64,000 nucleotides of DNA from Vulcanimicrobiota bacterium. Lineage in GTDB: Bacteria > Vulcanimicrobiota > Vulcanimicrobiia > Eremiobacterales > Eremiobacteraceae. Positions 20,636 through 29,590 of this stretch are shown here, piece by piece. Position numbers and translations under genes: made by a program. The stretch is from positions 1,248,001 through 1,312,000 of the forward strand of contig CAWETU010000001.1 of NCBI GenBank assembly GCA_963812135.1, written 5' to 3'. A model generated the notes under the pieces. That model was not told the origin of the DNA. It did no database searches and worked only from the letters and a program-made list of their open reading frames with translations. Every line of letters starts with the position of its first letter. Positions within the stretch are counted from its first letter, which is position 1.

Positions 20636-23600
20636 ATGTGGTTGACCCGCTTCACCCTCCGCCAACCGATCATCGCCACCCTGTTCTTCCTGGCCGTCGC
20701 GGTCTTTGGGTTGATCGCCTATTTCTCGATGGGCGAGAACATCATCCCGAACGTGAACTTCCCGATCGTGTCGGTGACCGCGGTCTACCCCGGCGCCAGC
20801 CCCGACGAGATGGAACGCCTCATCGTCAAACCGATCGAGGACCAGATCCAAGGCCTGCCGCACCTCGACAAGGTCAGCGCGACCGCACAAGAGGGCACGG
20901 CCAGCATCACCGTGCAGTTCAAGCTGGGCACCGATGTGAATTTTTCGGCGACGGACGTGCAGCACGCCGTCGACGCCGCGCGCCTCTATCTCCCCAACGA
21001 CTTGGATCCGCCGCTCGTCGAGAAATTCGACGTCTCCGCGCAGCCCGTTCTGACCGAAGCAATCACGTCGACCGTGCTTTCGCCGGTCGACCTGTCGAAC
21101 GTCATCACAAACGAGATCGTACCTGCGCTCCGCGGTGTGAAAGGCGTCGGCGCCGTCGTGGTCGGCGGCAAGTACACGCGCCAGATCACGGTGCAACCCG
21201 ACCTCGCGCGGCTGCGCAGCGTCGGCCTGACGCTCTCCGACGTCAATAATTCGCTTGCCGCCGGCAACGTCAGCATGCCGGGCGGCAGGCTCGATGAGCC
21301 GTTCGCTGAGTCGACCGTCGGCGTGCGGGCCGACCTCACCAACGCCTCGCAGATCGCGCACCTGCCCCTCATGAATCCGTTTGCCCTCACGGCAGGCACG
21401 CCGGCGGGTTCGACCGGCCAACCGCTTCGCATCGGCGACGTGGCCACCGTGGTCGACGGCTATGCCGACCATCGCGTCATCTCGACCGTCAACCACGTGA
21501 CGGCCAACGTCGTGACGATCTCGCGCGACGCGACATCCGATACCGTCAAGACGACCGAGGCGGTGCGCAGCGCGTTCAAAGACCTCCAGGCGCGCTTCCC
21601 GCAGATCAAATTCTCCGAGATCGACGCCGACCTGTATTTCACGCGCGATTCGATCAACGGCGTCCTCGAGAACCTCTTCGAGGGCATCCTGCTGACCGCG
21701 CTCGTGCTGCTGCTGTTCCTACACGTGTGGCGCAGCGCGCTGGTGGTGATGATCGCCATTCCGGCATCGCTGCTCGCCACGTTCTTCGTGATGTGGATGT
21801 TGGGCTTCACGGTGAACGTGCTGTCGCTGATGGGACTTTCGCTCACCATCGGCATTCTGGTCGACGATTCGATCGTCGTCATCGAGAACATCACTCGCCA
21901 TCGAGAGATGGGCCAGCCGCCGGACGATGCCGCCATCACCGGCCGGTCCGAGATCGGCGGGGCGGCCATCGCCATCACGCTCGTCGACGTCGTCGTGTTC
22001 GCGCCGATCGCGTTCATGTCGGGCATCATCGGCCAGTACATGCGCGAATTCGGACTCGTCGTGGTGTGCGCCACGCTGTTCTCGCTGCTCGTGTCATTCA
22101 CGCTGACGCCGTTGCTCGCCGCGCACTGGGCGCTCGTGCGCAAACCGCGTCCGCCGGCGGGCATCTTCAAGGCGTTCGCAGACTGGTTCGAGAGCGTGCG
22201 CCACGCATACCACGACCGCTGGCTGCCGGCGGCGATGGCGCATCCGTACATCACGTTCTTTGGATCACTTGGCTTGGTCTTGGGATCTATCGTGCTCGCG
22301 GGCATCCTCATGGGTTCCGGCATCCTGCCGGGTGAGTTCCAGCCCTACACCGAGTGGGGCTACGCGAGCATCGATCTGAACTACCCGCCGGGCACGCCGA
22401 TCGATGTCACCGCTGCAGGCGCCGCGCGGATCGGCTTGGCGCTGGAGAAGATGAAGGGCGTCAAGAACGTCTCCGTGACGGTCGGCCGCGCTGAGAACGG
22501 CGCGACCGAGATCGTCGGCGGCAATGTGGCGCACATCTGGGCGTTCCTGTATCAGGATCAACGCCACGAGGAGCGCGGCATCGTCTCCAAAGTCGCAACG
22601 CTCGGCGCGCTTGCGCCAGGAGCCCGTATCTCCGCGGCCGGCGCGGCGAATGCCGGCCAACCGCCGATCTCCTTCACGTTGACCGGTCCGGCGGAAGAGC
22701 TCGACGCGGCCAGCAAGAAGCTCGTCAACTTCATCGCGAAGCAGCCAAACGCGACGGACGTCACCTCGAGCACCGCGATCGTCGGCCCCCGTCTGGAGAT
22801 CAACATCGATCGCGATCGCGCCGCCGTGCTCGGCGTGAGCCCGCAAGACGCGGCGCTCGCCGCGCGCGCGGCTATCGGCGGCGTCATCTCGACGCGGGTG
22901 CGCCAACGAGAAGGGCTCATCGACGCGGTGGTACAGCTGCCGCCCGCGACCCGTAACGATCCATCGCAGCTGCGCACGGTCGACGTGCGTTCGCTGACGA
23001 CCGGTCAGCTCGTGCCGCTCGAGGACGTTGCGGCGTTCACGAAGACGACCGAGCCGCCGTATATCGAGCGGCAAGACCGCGAACGCATCGTCAGCGTCAC
23101 GGCGAACACCGCCAACGGCGTGCCGATCGGGCCGATCGTCGACAAGGTCAACCAAGCGCTGAACACGCCGGGGTTCCTGCCGCCAGGCGTGCACTCCAAG
23201 ACTGAAGGCGACACCCAGCTGTTCGGCGACGCGATGACCAAGATCGGCCTGGCGCTGCTCACGTCTTTCATCCTTATCTATATGCTGCTGGTGGTGCTGT
23301 ATCGGAGCTATCTGACCCCGCTGGTCATCATGATGAGCGTGCCGGCTGCGATCGTCGGCGTCATCGGGTTCTTGATCGTGCTCAACTTGTTCAACGTCGC
23401 GTTCCCGGATTTTCATATCCAGCTCGGACGGTTCTATCTGCGGCCGTTCGCGGGACAAACGTTTAATCTGTTCTCTATGCTCGGCATCGTGATGCTCACC
23501 GGCCTCGTCGCGAAGAATGGGATCTTGCTGGTAGACTATGCCAACACGATGCGGACGCGTGGTCTCGCGCTCGCCGATGCCATGCGCGAGTCGGCCACGA

Positions 23601-23884
23601 TCCGGTTCCGGCCGATCGTCATGACCACCGCTGCGATGATCGCTGGCATGACGCCGCTTGCGCTCGGGCTGACCGAAGGCGCGGAGTTCCGCAAGTCGAT
23701 CGGCACCGTGATCATCGGCGGGCTGACGAGCTCGCTCTTCCTCACGTTGTTCCTCGTGCCGGTCGTCTACGTGGCAATGGTCGGGTTCTTCGACCGGGTC
23801 GCGCAACGCAAGCTGGCTCGCCAGCTGAAAGTTGCCAAAGATGACCAGGACGGTGTCACAGGCACGGCACTCGACGCGGGTTAA
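20636..23884 (+). CDS. RND efflux permease (AcrB/AcrD/AcrF family)
   Basis: 1082 aa; ILVDDSIVV, AKNGILLVDY, RFRPIVMTT motifs. Confidence 0.93.
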   Translation: MWLTRFTLRQPIIATLFFLAVAVFGLIAYFSMGENIIPNVNFPIVSVTAVYPGASPDEMERLIVKPIEDQIQGLPHLDKVSATAQEGTASITVQFKLGTDVNFSATDVQHAVDAARLYLPNDLDPPLVEKFDVSAQPVLTEAITSTVLSPVDLSNVITNEIVPALRGVKGVGAVVVGGKYTRQITVQPDLARLRSVGLTLSDVNNSLAAGNVSMPGGRLDEPFAESTVGVRADLTNASQIAHLPLMNPFALTAGTPAGSTGQPLRIGDVATVVDGYADHRVISTVNHVTANVVTISRDATSDTVKTTEAVRSAFKDLQARFPQIKFSEIDADLYFTRDSINGVLENLFEGILLTALVLLLFLHVWRSALVVMIAIPASLLATFFVMWMLGFTVNVLSLMGLSLTIGILVDDSIVVIENITRHREMGQPPDDAAITGRSEIGGAAIAITLVDVVVFAPIAFMSGIIGQYMREFGLVVVCATLFSLLVSFTLTPLLAAHWALVRKPRPPAGIFKAFADWFESVRHAYHDRWLPAAMAHPYITFFGSLGLVLGSIVLAGILMGSGILPGEFQPYTEWGYASIDLNYPPGTPIDVTAAGAARIGLALEKMKGVKNVSVTVGRAENGATEIVGGNVAHIWAFLYQDQRHEERGIVSKVATLGALAPGARISAAGAANAGQPPISFTLTGPAEELDAASKKLVNFIAKQPNATDVTSSTAIVGPRLEINIDRDRAAVLGVSPQDAALAARAAIGGVISTRVRQREGLIDAVVQLPPATRNDPSQLRTVDVRSLTTGQLVPLEDVAAFTKTTEPPYIERQDRERIVSVTANTANGVPIGPIVDKVNQALNTPGFLPPGVHSKTEGDTQLFGDAMTKIGLALLTSFILIYMLLVVLYRSYLTPLVIMMSVPAAIVGVIGFLIVLNLFNVAFPDFHIQLGRFYLRPFAGQTFNLFSMLGIVMLTGLVAKNGILLVDYANTMRTRGLALADAMRESATIRFRPIVMTTAAMIAGMTPLALGLTEGAEFRKSIGTVIIGGLTSSLFLTLFLVPVVYVAMVGFFDRVAQRKLARQLKVAKDDQDGVTGTALDAG

Positions 23885-23965
23885 CCTGAAAAATCTCGCC
23901 TTCTCGGACAGAAATCGACGGCCCAGGGGCGAAACATCCGAAGCGGCACGGCGGTAGGGGTTCAC

Positions 23966-26900
23966 ATGTGGCTGACACGTTTTGCCATTCGGCAACCGAC
24001 GATCATAACGTTATTCTTCTTGGCCGTGGCGCTGTTCGGCGTCATCGGCTTTTTCCAGATGGGCGTCAACGTCAATCCGCCGGTCACGTTCCCGGCAGTG
24101 GCGGTGTTCGCGAGCTACCCGGGCGCAAGTCCGCAGGAGATCGAGCGGCTCGTCGTCCGCCCGATCGAAGACCAGCTGCAGAACGTGCGCCACGTGGAGA
24201 AGATCTTCGCACGCTCCCAAGAGGGGTCCGGCACGATCTTCGTCCAGCTCAAGCTCGGCACAAGCGTGGACTTCGCCGCCACCGATGTGCAGCAAGCTGT
24301 TGATGCGGCTCGGATCAACCTGCCCACCGATCTCGACCCGCCGATCGTCACGAAAGAAGATCCGAACGCGCAGCCGATCCTGACCGAGTATCTCACGTCG
24401 ACGAAGCTCTCACCCGTGGAGTTGTCGAATCTCGCCGAAAACGAGATAATCCCAGCGCTCAAAGGTGTCCATGGCGTCGGCTTTGTCAATGTGAGCGGCG
24501 AGTTCATACGTCAGGTGAATATCAACCCGGATCTCGCGCGCCTACAGATGCTGGGTGCGACGCCGCTCGACGTCGTCAACTCCGTGGGTCAAGGCAACGT
24601 GAGCATGCCGGGCGGCCGCCTTGACGAGGCCTTCCGCGAAGCCACAGTGGGCGTTCGGGCGGACATCACGGATCCGGCGCAGATCGCCCAGCTACCGCTG
24701 GTCGTGCCGAACGCATCGCCGAATCAGATCAAGATCAGCGATGTCGCCAATGTGGTCGATACCTACCAGGACCACCGATTGTCATCGGATGTCAATGGAC
24801 AGCCCGCCATCGTGCTCAACGTCGCGCACGACTCGGACGCCGATACGCAGCGGACGACGCAAGCGATTCGCTCCGAGTTCAAGCTCCTCGCGGCCAAGTA
24901 TCCTGATGCGCGTTTCAACGAGCTATCCGCCGATGAGGATTTCCTCCACGAAGCCGTTGACGGCGTGATGTCCAACCTGTTTGAAGGCGTGTTGCTCACC
25001 GCGCTCGTGCTGCTGCTCTTCCTCCACGTGTTGCGCAGCGCCGTCGTCGTCATGATCGCCATCCCGACCTCCATCCTCGCGACGTTCCTCGTCATGTGGA
25101 TGCTCGGGTTCTCGATCGATCTGCTATCCCTGATGGGGCTGTCACTGACGATCGGCATCCTTGTCGATGACTCGATTGTCGTCATAGAAAATATCACCCG
25201 ACATCGGGAGATGGGCAAGCCGGCTGAAGAGGCGGCTATCACTGGCCGCACCGAGATCGGCAATGCCGCTATCGCGATCACGCTCGTCGATGTCGTCGTG
25301 TTCGCACCGATCGCGTTCATGGGCGGCATCGTCGGCCAATTCCTGCGCGAATACGGCTTGGTCATCGTGACCGCCACGCTGTTCTCGCTGCTGGTCTCCT
25401 TCACGCTGACACCGCTGCTCTCAGCGCATTGGGCGCTGGCGCGCAAGCCCAAGCAGACCGTCCTTTCAGGGCGAGCCATCACTATTACGCTGGCGATCGT
25501 CGGGGCGATCTCGTTGCTCGGCATTCTCGCGCGTATCGGCGGCGTGATCGGCGATCCGCTGCTCGTCGCGCTGCTCATGCTCACCGGTGGCACCGCGTTC
25601 CTCGTGCTCGTGTACAACCAGTTCAACGATTGGTTCGACAATCTGCGCCGCTGGTACCACGACAAGCTCTTACCGATCGCGTTGCGCCATCCGTATGCGG
25701 TGGGGTTCGGCTGCTTCGCACTTGTGATCGCAAGCGTCGTCATCGGATTCATCGTGGTTCCGACCGAGTTCCAGCCGGATACAGAGTACGGTTCCGCGTC
25801 CGCGAGCATCACCTATCCCGTCGGCACGCCGATAGGCGTCACGACGGCGGGCGCCGAGCGCATCGCGACAGAGCTGCGCAAGCGCGACGACATCCGCGAG
25901 GTCGTCGTCAACGTCGGTGCGGACACGAACGACGTGACCGGCGGCTACGTGGCAAACGTCCAGGTCAATCTCAAACCCGACCGGCGGCACGACCAGCACC
26001 TTGTGGTGGACCAGATGCGCCATATGGGCTACCTGGTGCCGGGTGCGTACATCAACGCGGGCGGCGAGGGCGGCGCCCAGATGATCTACACCTTGCTCGG
26101 CAACCCGGATCAGCTCTACCCGGCTGCCGACAAGCTCGTCGCGTACATAAAGAAGATACCGAACACTATCGACGTCGTCGCCACCAGCGAGATCGTCGGG
26201 CCGCGCCTGGAGATCGACATCGACCGGGCCAAAGCAGCGGCGCTCGGCGTCTCGCCCCAAGCCGCGGCGATGACCGCGCGTGCAGCGGTCGGCGGAGTTA
26301 TCGCGACGAAGTTGCGCATGACCGAGGGACTGGTGAACGCGATCGTTCAGCTGCCGCCCGGCACGCGCAACGATTATCGCAATCTCACCTACGTGCCCGT
26401 CCGCGCACAAGACGGCGTCACACTCGTGCCGCTGGCTGACGTCGCGACCTTCCGATGGGTCACCGAGCCGCCGACGCTGCGCCGGCAAGACCGCCAGCGC
26501 ATCGTGCGCGTGTTCGCCGATCCGGTCGCCGGCGCGCCGATCGGTCCGATCGACAACAAGGTGCAAGAGGCGCTACGCCAACCCGGCTTCCTGCCATCTG
26601 GCGTTCAAGTGCAAACAGAAGGCGACACGCAATTCCTCGGCGACACGATCACGAAGATCTTCATCGCGCTGGGAACGTCGTTCGTCCTCATCTACATGCT
26701 GCTCGTGATCCTCTATCGCAGCTACCTCGAGCCGTTCATCATTATGCTCAGCATTCCGGTAGCGCTCATCGGCGCATTCGGGATCCTGACCGTCTCGAAC
26801 GTCATCCACATGGTGCTGCCGGATCTGCGCTGGTTCGCTGGCCAGACGCTCAACATATTCTCGATGCTCGGCATCGTCATGCTCATGGGACTGGTCGCCA

Positions 26901-27271
26901 AGAACGGCATCCTGCTCGTTGACTACGCCAATACGCTGCATGCGCGCGGCCTCTCACTGCTCGATGCCGTGAAGGAATCCGCGATCGTGCGATTCCGTCC
27001 GATCATGATGACGACGGCAGCCATGATCGTCGGCATGGCGCCGCTCGCGCTCGGATTCACCGAGGGCGCAGAGTTCCGCAAGTCGATGGGCACCGTGATC
27101 ATCGGCGGGTTGACGAGCTCGCTGCTGCTGACGCTCTTCCTGGTCCCGGTGATGTACGTGGTGATCGTGGGCGCGGCGGAGCGATATGCGCAGCGCCGCC
27201 TTTCGCGCCGGCTCGTGCTCGCCGCCGACGAGGACGAAGCGGTCGGCTCGACGATCCCAAACCCGTCCTGA
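23966..27271 (+). CDS. RND efflux permease, tandem paralog of 20636-23884
   Basis: 1101 aa; same motifs and long near-identical TM segments. Confidence 0.93.
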   Translation: MWLTRFAIRQPTIITLFFLAVALFGVIGFFQMGVNVNPPVTFPAVAVFASYPGASPQEIERLVVRPIEDQLQNVRHVEKIFARSQEGSGTIFVQLKLGTSVDFAATDVQQAVDAARINLPTDLDPPIVTKEDPNAQPILTEYLTSTKLSPVELSNLAENEIIPALKGVHGVGFVNVSGEFIRQVNINPDLARLQMLGATPLDVVNSVGQGNVSMPGGRLDEAFREATVGVRADITDPAQIAQLPLVVPNASPNQIKISDVANVVDTYQDHRLSSDVNGQPAIVLNVAHDSDADTQRTTQAIRSEFKLLAAKYPDARFNELSADEDFLHEAVDGVMSNLFEGVLLTALVLLLFLHVLRSAVVVMIAIPTSILATFLVMWMLGFSIDLLSLMGLSLTIGILVDDSIVVIENITRHREMGKPAEEAAITGRTEIGNAAIAITLVDVVVFAPIAFMGGIVGQFLREYGLVIVTATLFSLLVSFTLTPLLSAHWALARKPKQTVLSGRAITITLAIVGAISLLGILARIGGVIGDPLLVALLMLTGGTAFLVLVYNQFNDWFDNLRRWYHDKLLPIALRHPYAVGFGCFALVIASVVIGFIVVPTEFQPDTEYGSASASITYPVGTPIGVTTAGAERIATELRKRDDIREVVVNVGADTNDVTGGYVANVQVNLKPDRRHDQHLVVDQMRHMGYLVPGAYINAGGEGGAQMIYTLLGNPDQLYPAADKLVAYIKKIPNTIDVVATSEIVGPRLEIDIDRAKAAALGVSPQAAAMTARAAVGGVIATKLRMTEGLVNAIVQLPPGTRNDYRNLTYVPVRAQDGVTLVPLADVATFRWVTEPPTLRRQDRQRIVRVFADPVAGAPIGPIDNKVQEALRQPGFLPSGVQVQTEGDTQFLGDTITKIFIALGTSFVLIYMLLVILYRSYLEPFIIMLSIPVALIGAFGILTVSNVIHMVLPDLRWFAGQTLNIFSMLGIVMLMGLVAKNGILLVDYANTLHARGLSLLDAVKESAIVRFRPIMMTTAAMIVGMAPLALGFTEGAEFRKSMGTVIIGGLTSSLLLTLFLVPVMYVVIVGAAERYAQRRLSRRLVLAADEDEAVGSTIPNPS

Positions 27272-27324
27272 GCGTGTAAGCGCGGTCACGAAGCAGGCCC
27301 GCGCCAGTTGCCGAAGACTAAAAG

Positions 27325-28347
27325 GTGAGCATCTGGCGTTGCGCCCTCCTCTGCCTTACCCTCGCCGCCTGTGGCGGGGCGGGAAGCCCCGGCTCTAGTC
27401 CGGGCTCGGGCCCGCCGGGCATCGTCGTCGGGCCGACGGCGACACCCGCACCCACCGCGACACCAGGTCCGACTCCCACGCCTCCACCCGGCCAGGTCGC
27501 CTCGATCGGCGGTTGCCAGGTCTTTCCATCGGACAATCCGTGGAACCAAGACATCTCGGGCTTGCCGGTCGATCCGAACTCCGCGAACTATCTCGCGCAC
27601 ATGAACGCCGGCACGAAGAACCTGCATCCCGATTTCGGCTCGAACCTGACCTATGGCATTCCGTATGTCACGGTGCGCGGCAAGACGCAGCCATTCGTGG
27701 CGATCAATTTCACGCTGTACGGATCCGAGAGCGATCCCGGCCCGTATCCGGTGCCGTCAAACGCGCCGGTCGAAGGCGGCTCTGGTTCGACGGGCGATCG
27801 TCACGTGCTCGTCGTCGACATCGACAATTGCATCGACTACGAGATGTATTACGCGTTTTATGTCGGGCCGGGGTGGAACGCGGGGTCGGGTGCGATCTGG
27901 CATTTCAACTCAAACGCTTTGCGGCCGTATCACTGGACATCCGCCGACGCTGCGGGTCTGCCCATCGTTGCCGGGCTTGCCCGCTACGACGAGACGGTGC
28001 AGACGGGCGCGATTTATCACGCGCTACGCTTCACGGTGCATCAGACCCAGGAGGGCTTCATCTTACCGGCGACGCACTGGGCGAGCACGTCGACGGATCC
28101 GAACGATCCGCCGATGGGCTTGCGTGTCCGGCTCAAAGCGAGCTACGACATCAGCAAGTTCACCGGCGCGTCGCTCGTCATCTTGAAGGCGCTGAAGAAG
28201 TACGGTATGATGATCGCCGACAATGGTTCGGACTGGTTCATCAGCGGGTCGACCGATGCGCGCTGGGACGACACCGATCTGGATCAGCTCAAGACGGTCC
28301 CCGCGAGCGCTTTCGAAGTGGTCCAAACCGGGTCGATCATACACTAG
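27325..28347 (+). CDS. Secreted lipoprotein, hypothetical
   Basis: Lipobox LAAC, Pro/Thr linker, FPSDNPWN...DRH...SADAAGLP domain. Confidence 0.75.
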   Translation: MSIWRCALLCLTLAACGGAGSPGSSPGSGPPGIVVGPTATPAPTATPGPTPTPPPGQVASIGGCQVFPSDNPWNQDISGLPVDPNSANYLAHMNAGTKNLHPDFGSNLTYGIPYVTVRGKTQPFVAINFTLYGSESDPGPYPVPSNAPVEGGSGSTGDRHVLVVDIDNCIDYEMYYAFYVGPGWNAGSGAIWHFNSNALRPYHWTSADAAGLPIVAGLARYDETVQTGAIYHALRFTVHQTQEGFILPATHWASTSTDPNDPPMGLRVRLKASYDISKFTGASLVILKALKKYGMMIADNGSDWFISGSTDARWDDTDLDQLKTVPASAFEVVQTGSIIH

Positions 28348-28379
28348 ATCTAGCTTCACTTCTTCGAAGAGAGGTGTGC

Positions 28380-29570
28380 ATGCATAGGTTGCTTGCCACG
28401 CTTGCTGTCGCTTCATTCGGGTTGCTACTCGCAGGCGCAGCCACTCCGGCACCCGTGCCGGCGGCAAGTCCCGCACCAACGCCGACGGCCGCGCCGACGG
28501 CCACCTCTGCACCCACGCCGGCCGGTCCGTCGGCTGGCACCGTGACCGCGGTGGTCGATCCAAGCCTGTTCACGCACGGTCGCAACGTCCTCCACGGCAT
28601 CGCGCGCGATCCGAAGACGGGCAATCTGTATGTCGGCGTTTCGAATTCTCTCGCGCACTGGAATCCTATCACGGGCATGTCGTCCTCGAACGACGATTCG
28701 CTTCGAGTGATCTCATCCTCGGGAAACGTCACCCGGCTGACGAGCTTTCCCTATCCCAACGGCATCTTGATCAACCCGCGTGACGGCATGGTCTACGTGG
28801 CCACGGGCGCGATCCGTTGCAATGAGCAAGTGGGAGGATACACCGTTTCAAGGCATTGTCCAGGGACCAACGGCCTCGTGGCCGTGGATCCGGCAACCGG
28901 AAATCACCACGATTATGTCGGCGCCGGACCTGGCCGCACGGACGCGGTCGGGACGAACGCCCGCTTCACCGCCGTGGCGGAAGTCGCGTTCGATCCGGAC
29001 AACGGCAACATGTATGTCACCGACAACGAGAATCATCTGATCCGCCAAATAGCGCCCGATGCGACTGTCACGACACTCGCCGGAGTTGGGACTCGCAGTA
29101 GCGCAGACGGTGTTGGGCCGGCGGCCGGTTTCAGCGGACCGCGCGGCATCGCGTATTGCGCAAAAGATAAGAGTCTCTACGTCGCAGATCGCGACAACAA
29201 CGAGATCCGCAAGATCACCATGGACGGCACCGTGTCAACGGTCGCCGGCAGCACGAGCGTGGGCTATGTGGATGGTCCCATTGCCAACGCGCGTTTCGAC
29301 CATCCCCAGGGAGTCGCGTGCGATGCGGCTGGCGACATATTCGTCGCCGACACCGATAACAACACGATCCGAGTGATATCGGCAAGCGGTTCGGTCAGCA
29401 CGCTCGCCGGTGCCAAGGCGATGGGTACCGTCAACGGGGTTGGATCAGCGGCACGCTTCGCGAACCCGAGCGACTTGTGGTTCGATCCGAGCGACGGAAG
29501 CCTCTACGTGATCGACGAAGGCGCGAACAACATCCGCAAGGTGACGACGGGCGTCGGGTCTGGGGGCTAG
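28380..29570 (+). CDS. Secreted NHL-repeat protein
   Basis: GAGAGG RBS, ATG 28380, signal peptide; repeats F..P.G.A.D...YVAD..N..IRKI. Confidence 0.85.
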   Translation: MHRLLATLAVASFGLLLAGAATPAPVPAASPAPTPTAAPTATSAPTPAGPSAGTVTAVVDPSLFTHGRNVLHGIARDPKTGNLYVGVSNSLAHWNPITGMSSSNDDSLRVISSSGNVTRLTSFPYPNGILINPRDGMVYVATGAIRCNEQVGGYTVSRHCPGTNGLVAVDPATGNHHDYVGAGPGRTDAVGTNARFTAVAEVAFDPDNGNMYVTDNENHLIRQIAPDATVTTLAGVGTRSSADGVGPAAGFSGPRGIAYCAKDKSLYVADRDNNEIRKITMDGTVSTVAGSTSVGYVDGPIANARFDHPQGVACDAAGDIFVADTDNNTIRVISASGSVSTLAGAKAMGTVNGVGSAARFANPSDLWFDPSDGSLYVIDEGANNIRKVTTGVGSGG

Positions 29571-29590
29571 ATCCTCGGGGTCGGTTGCGC

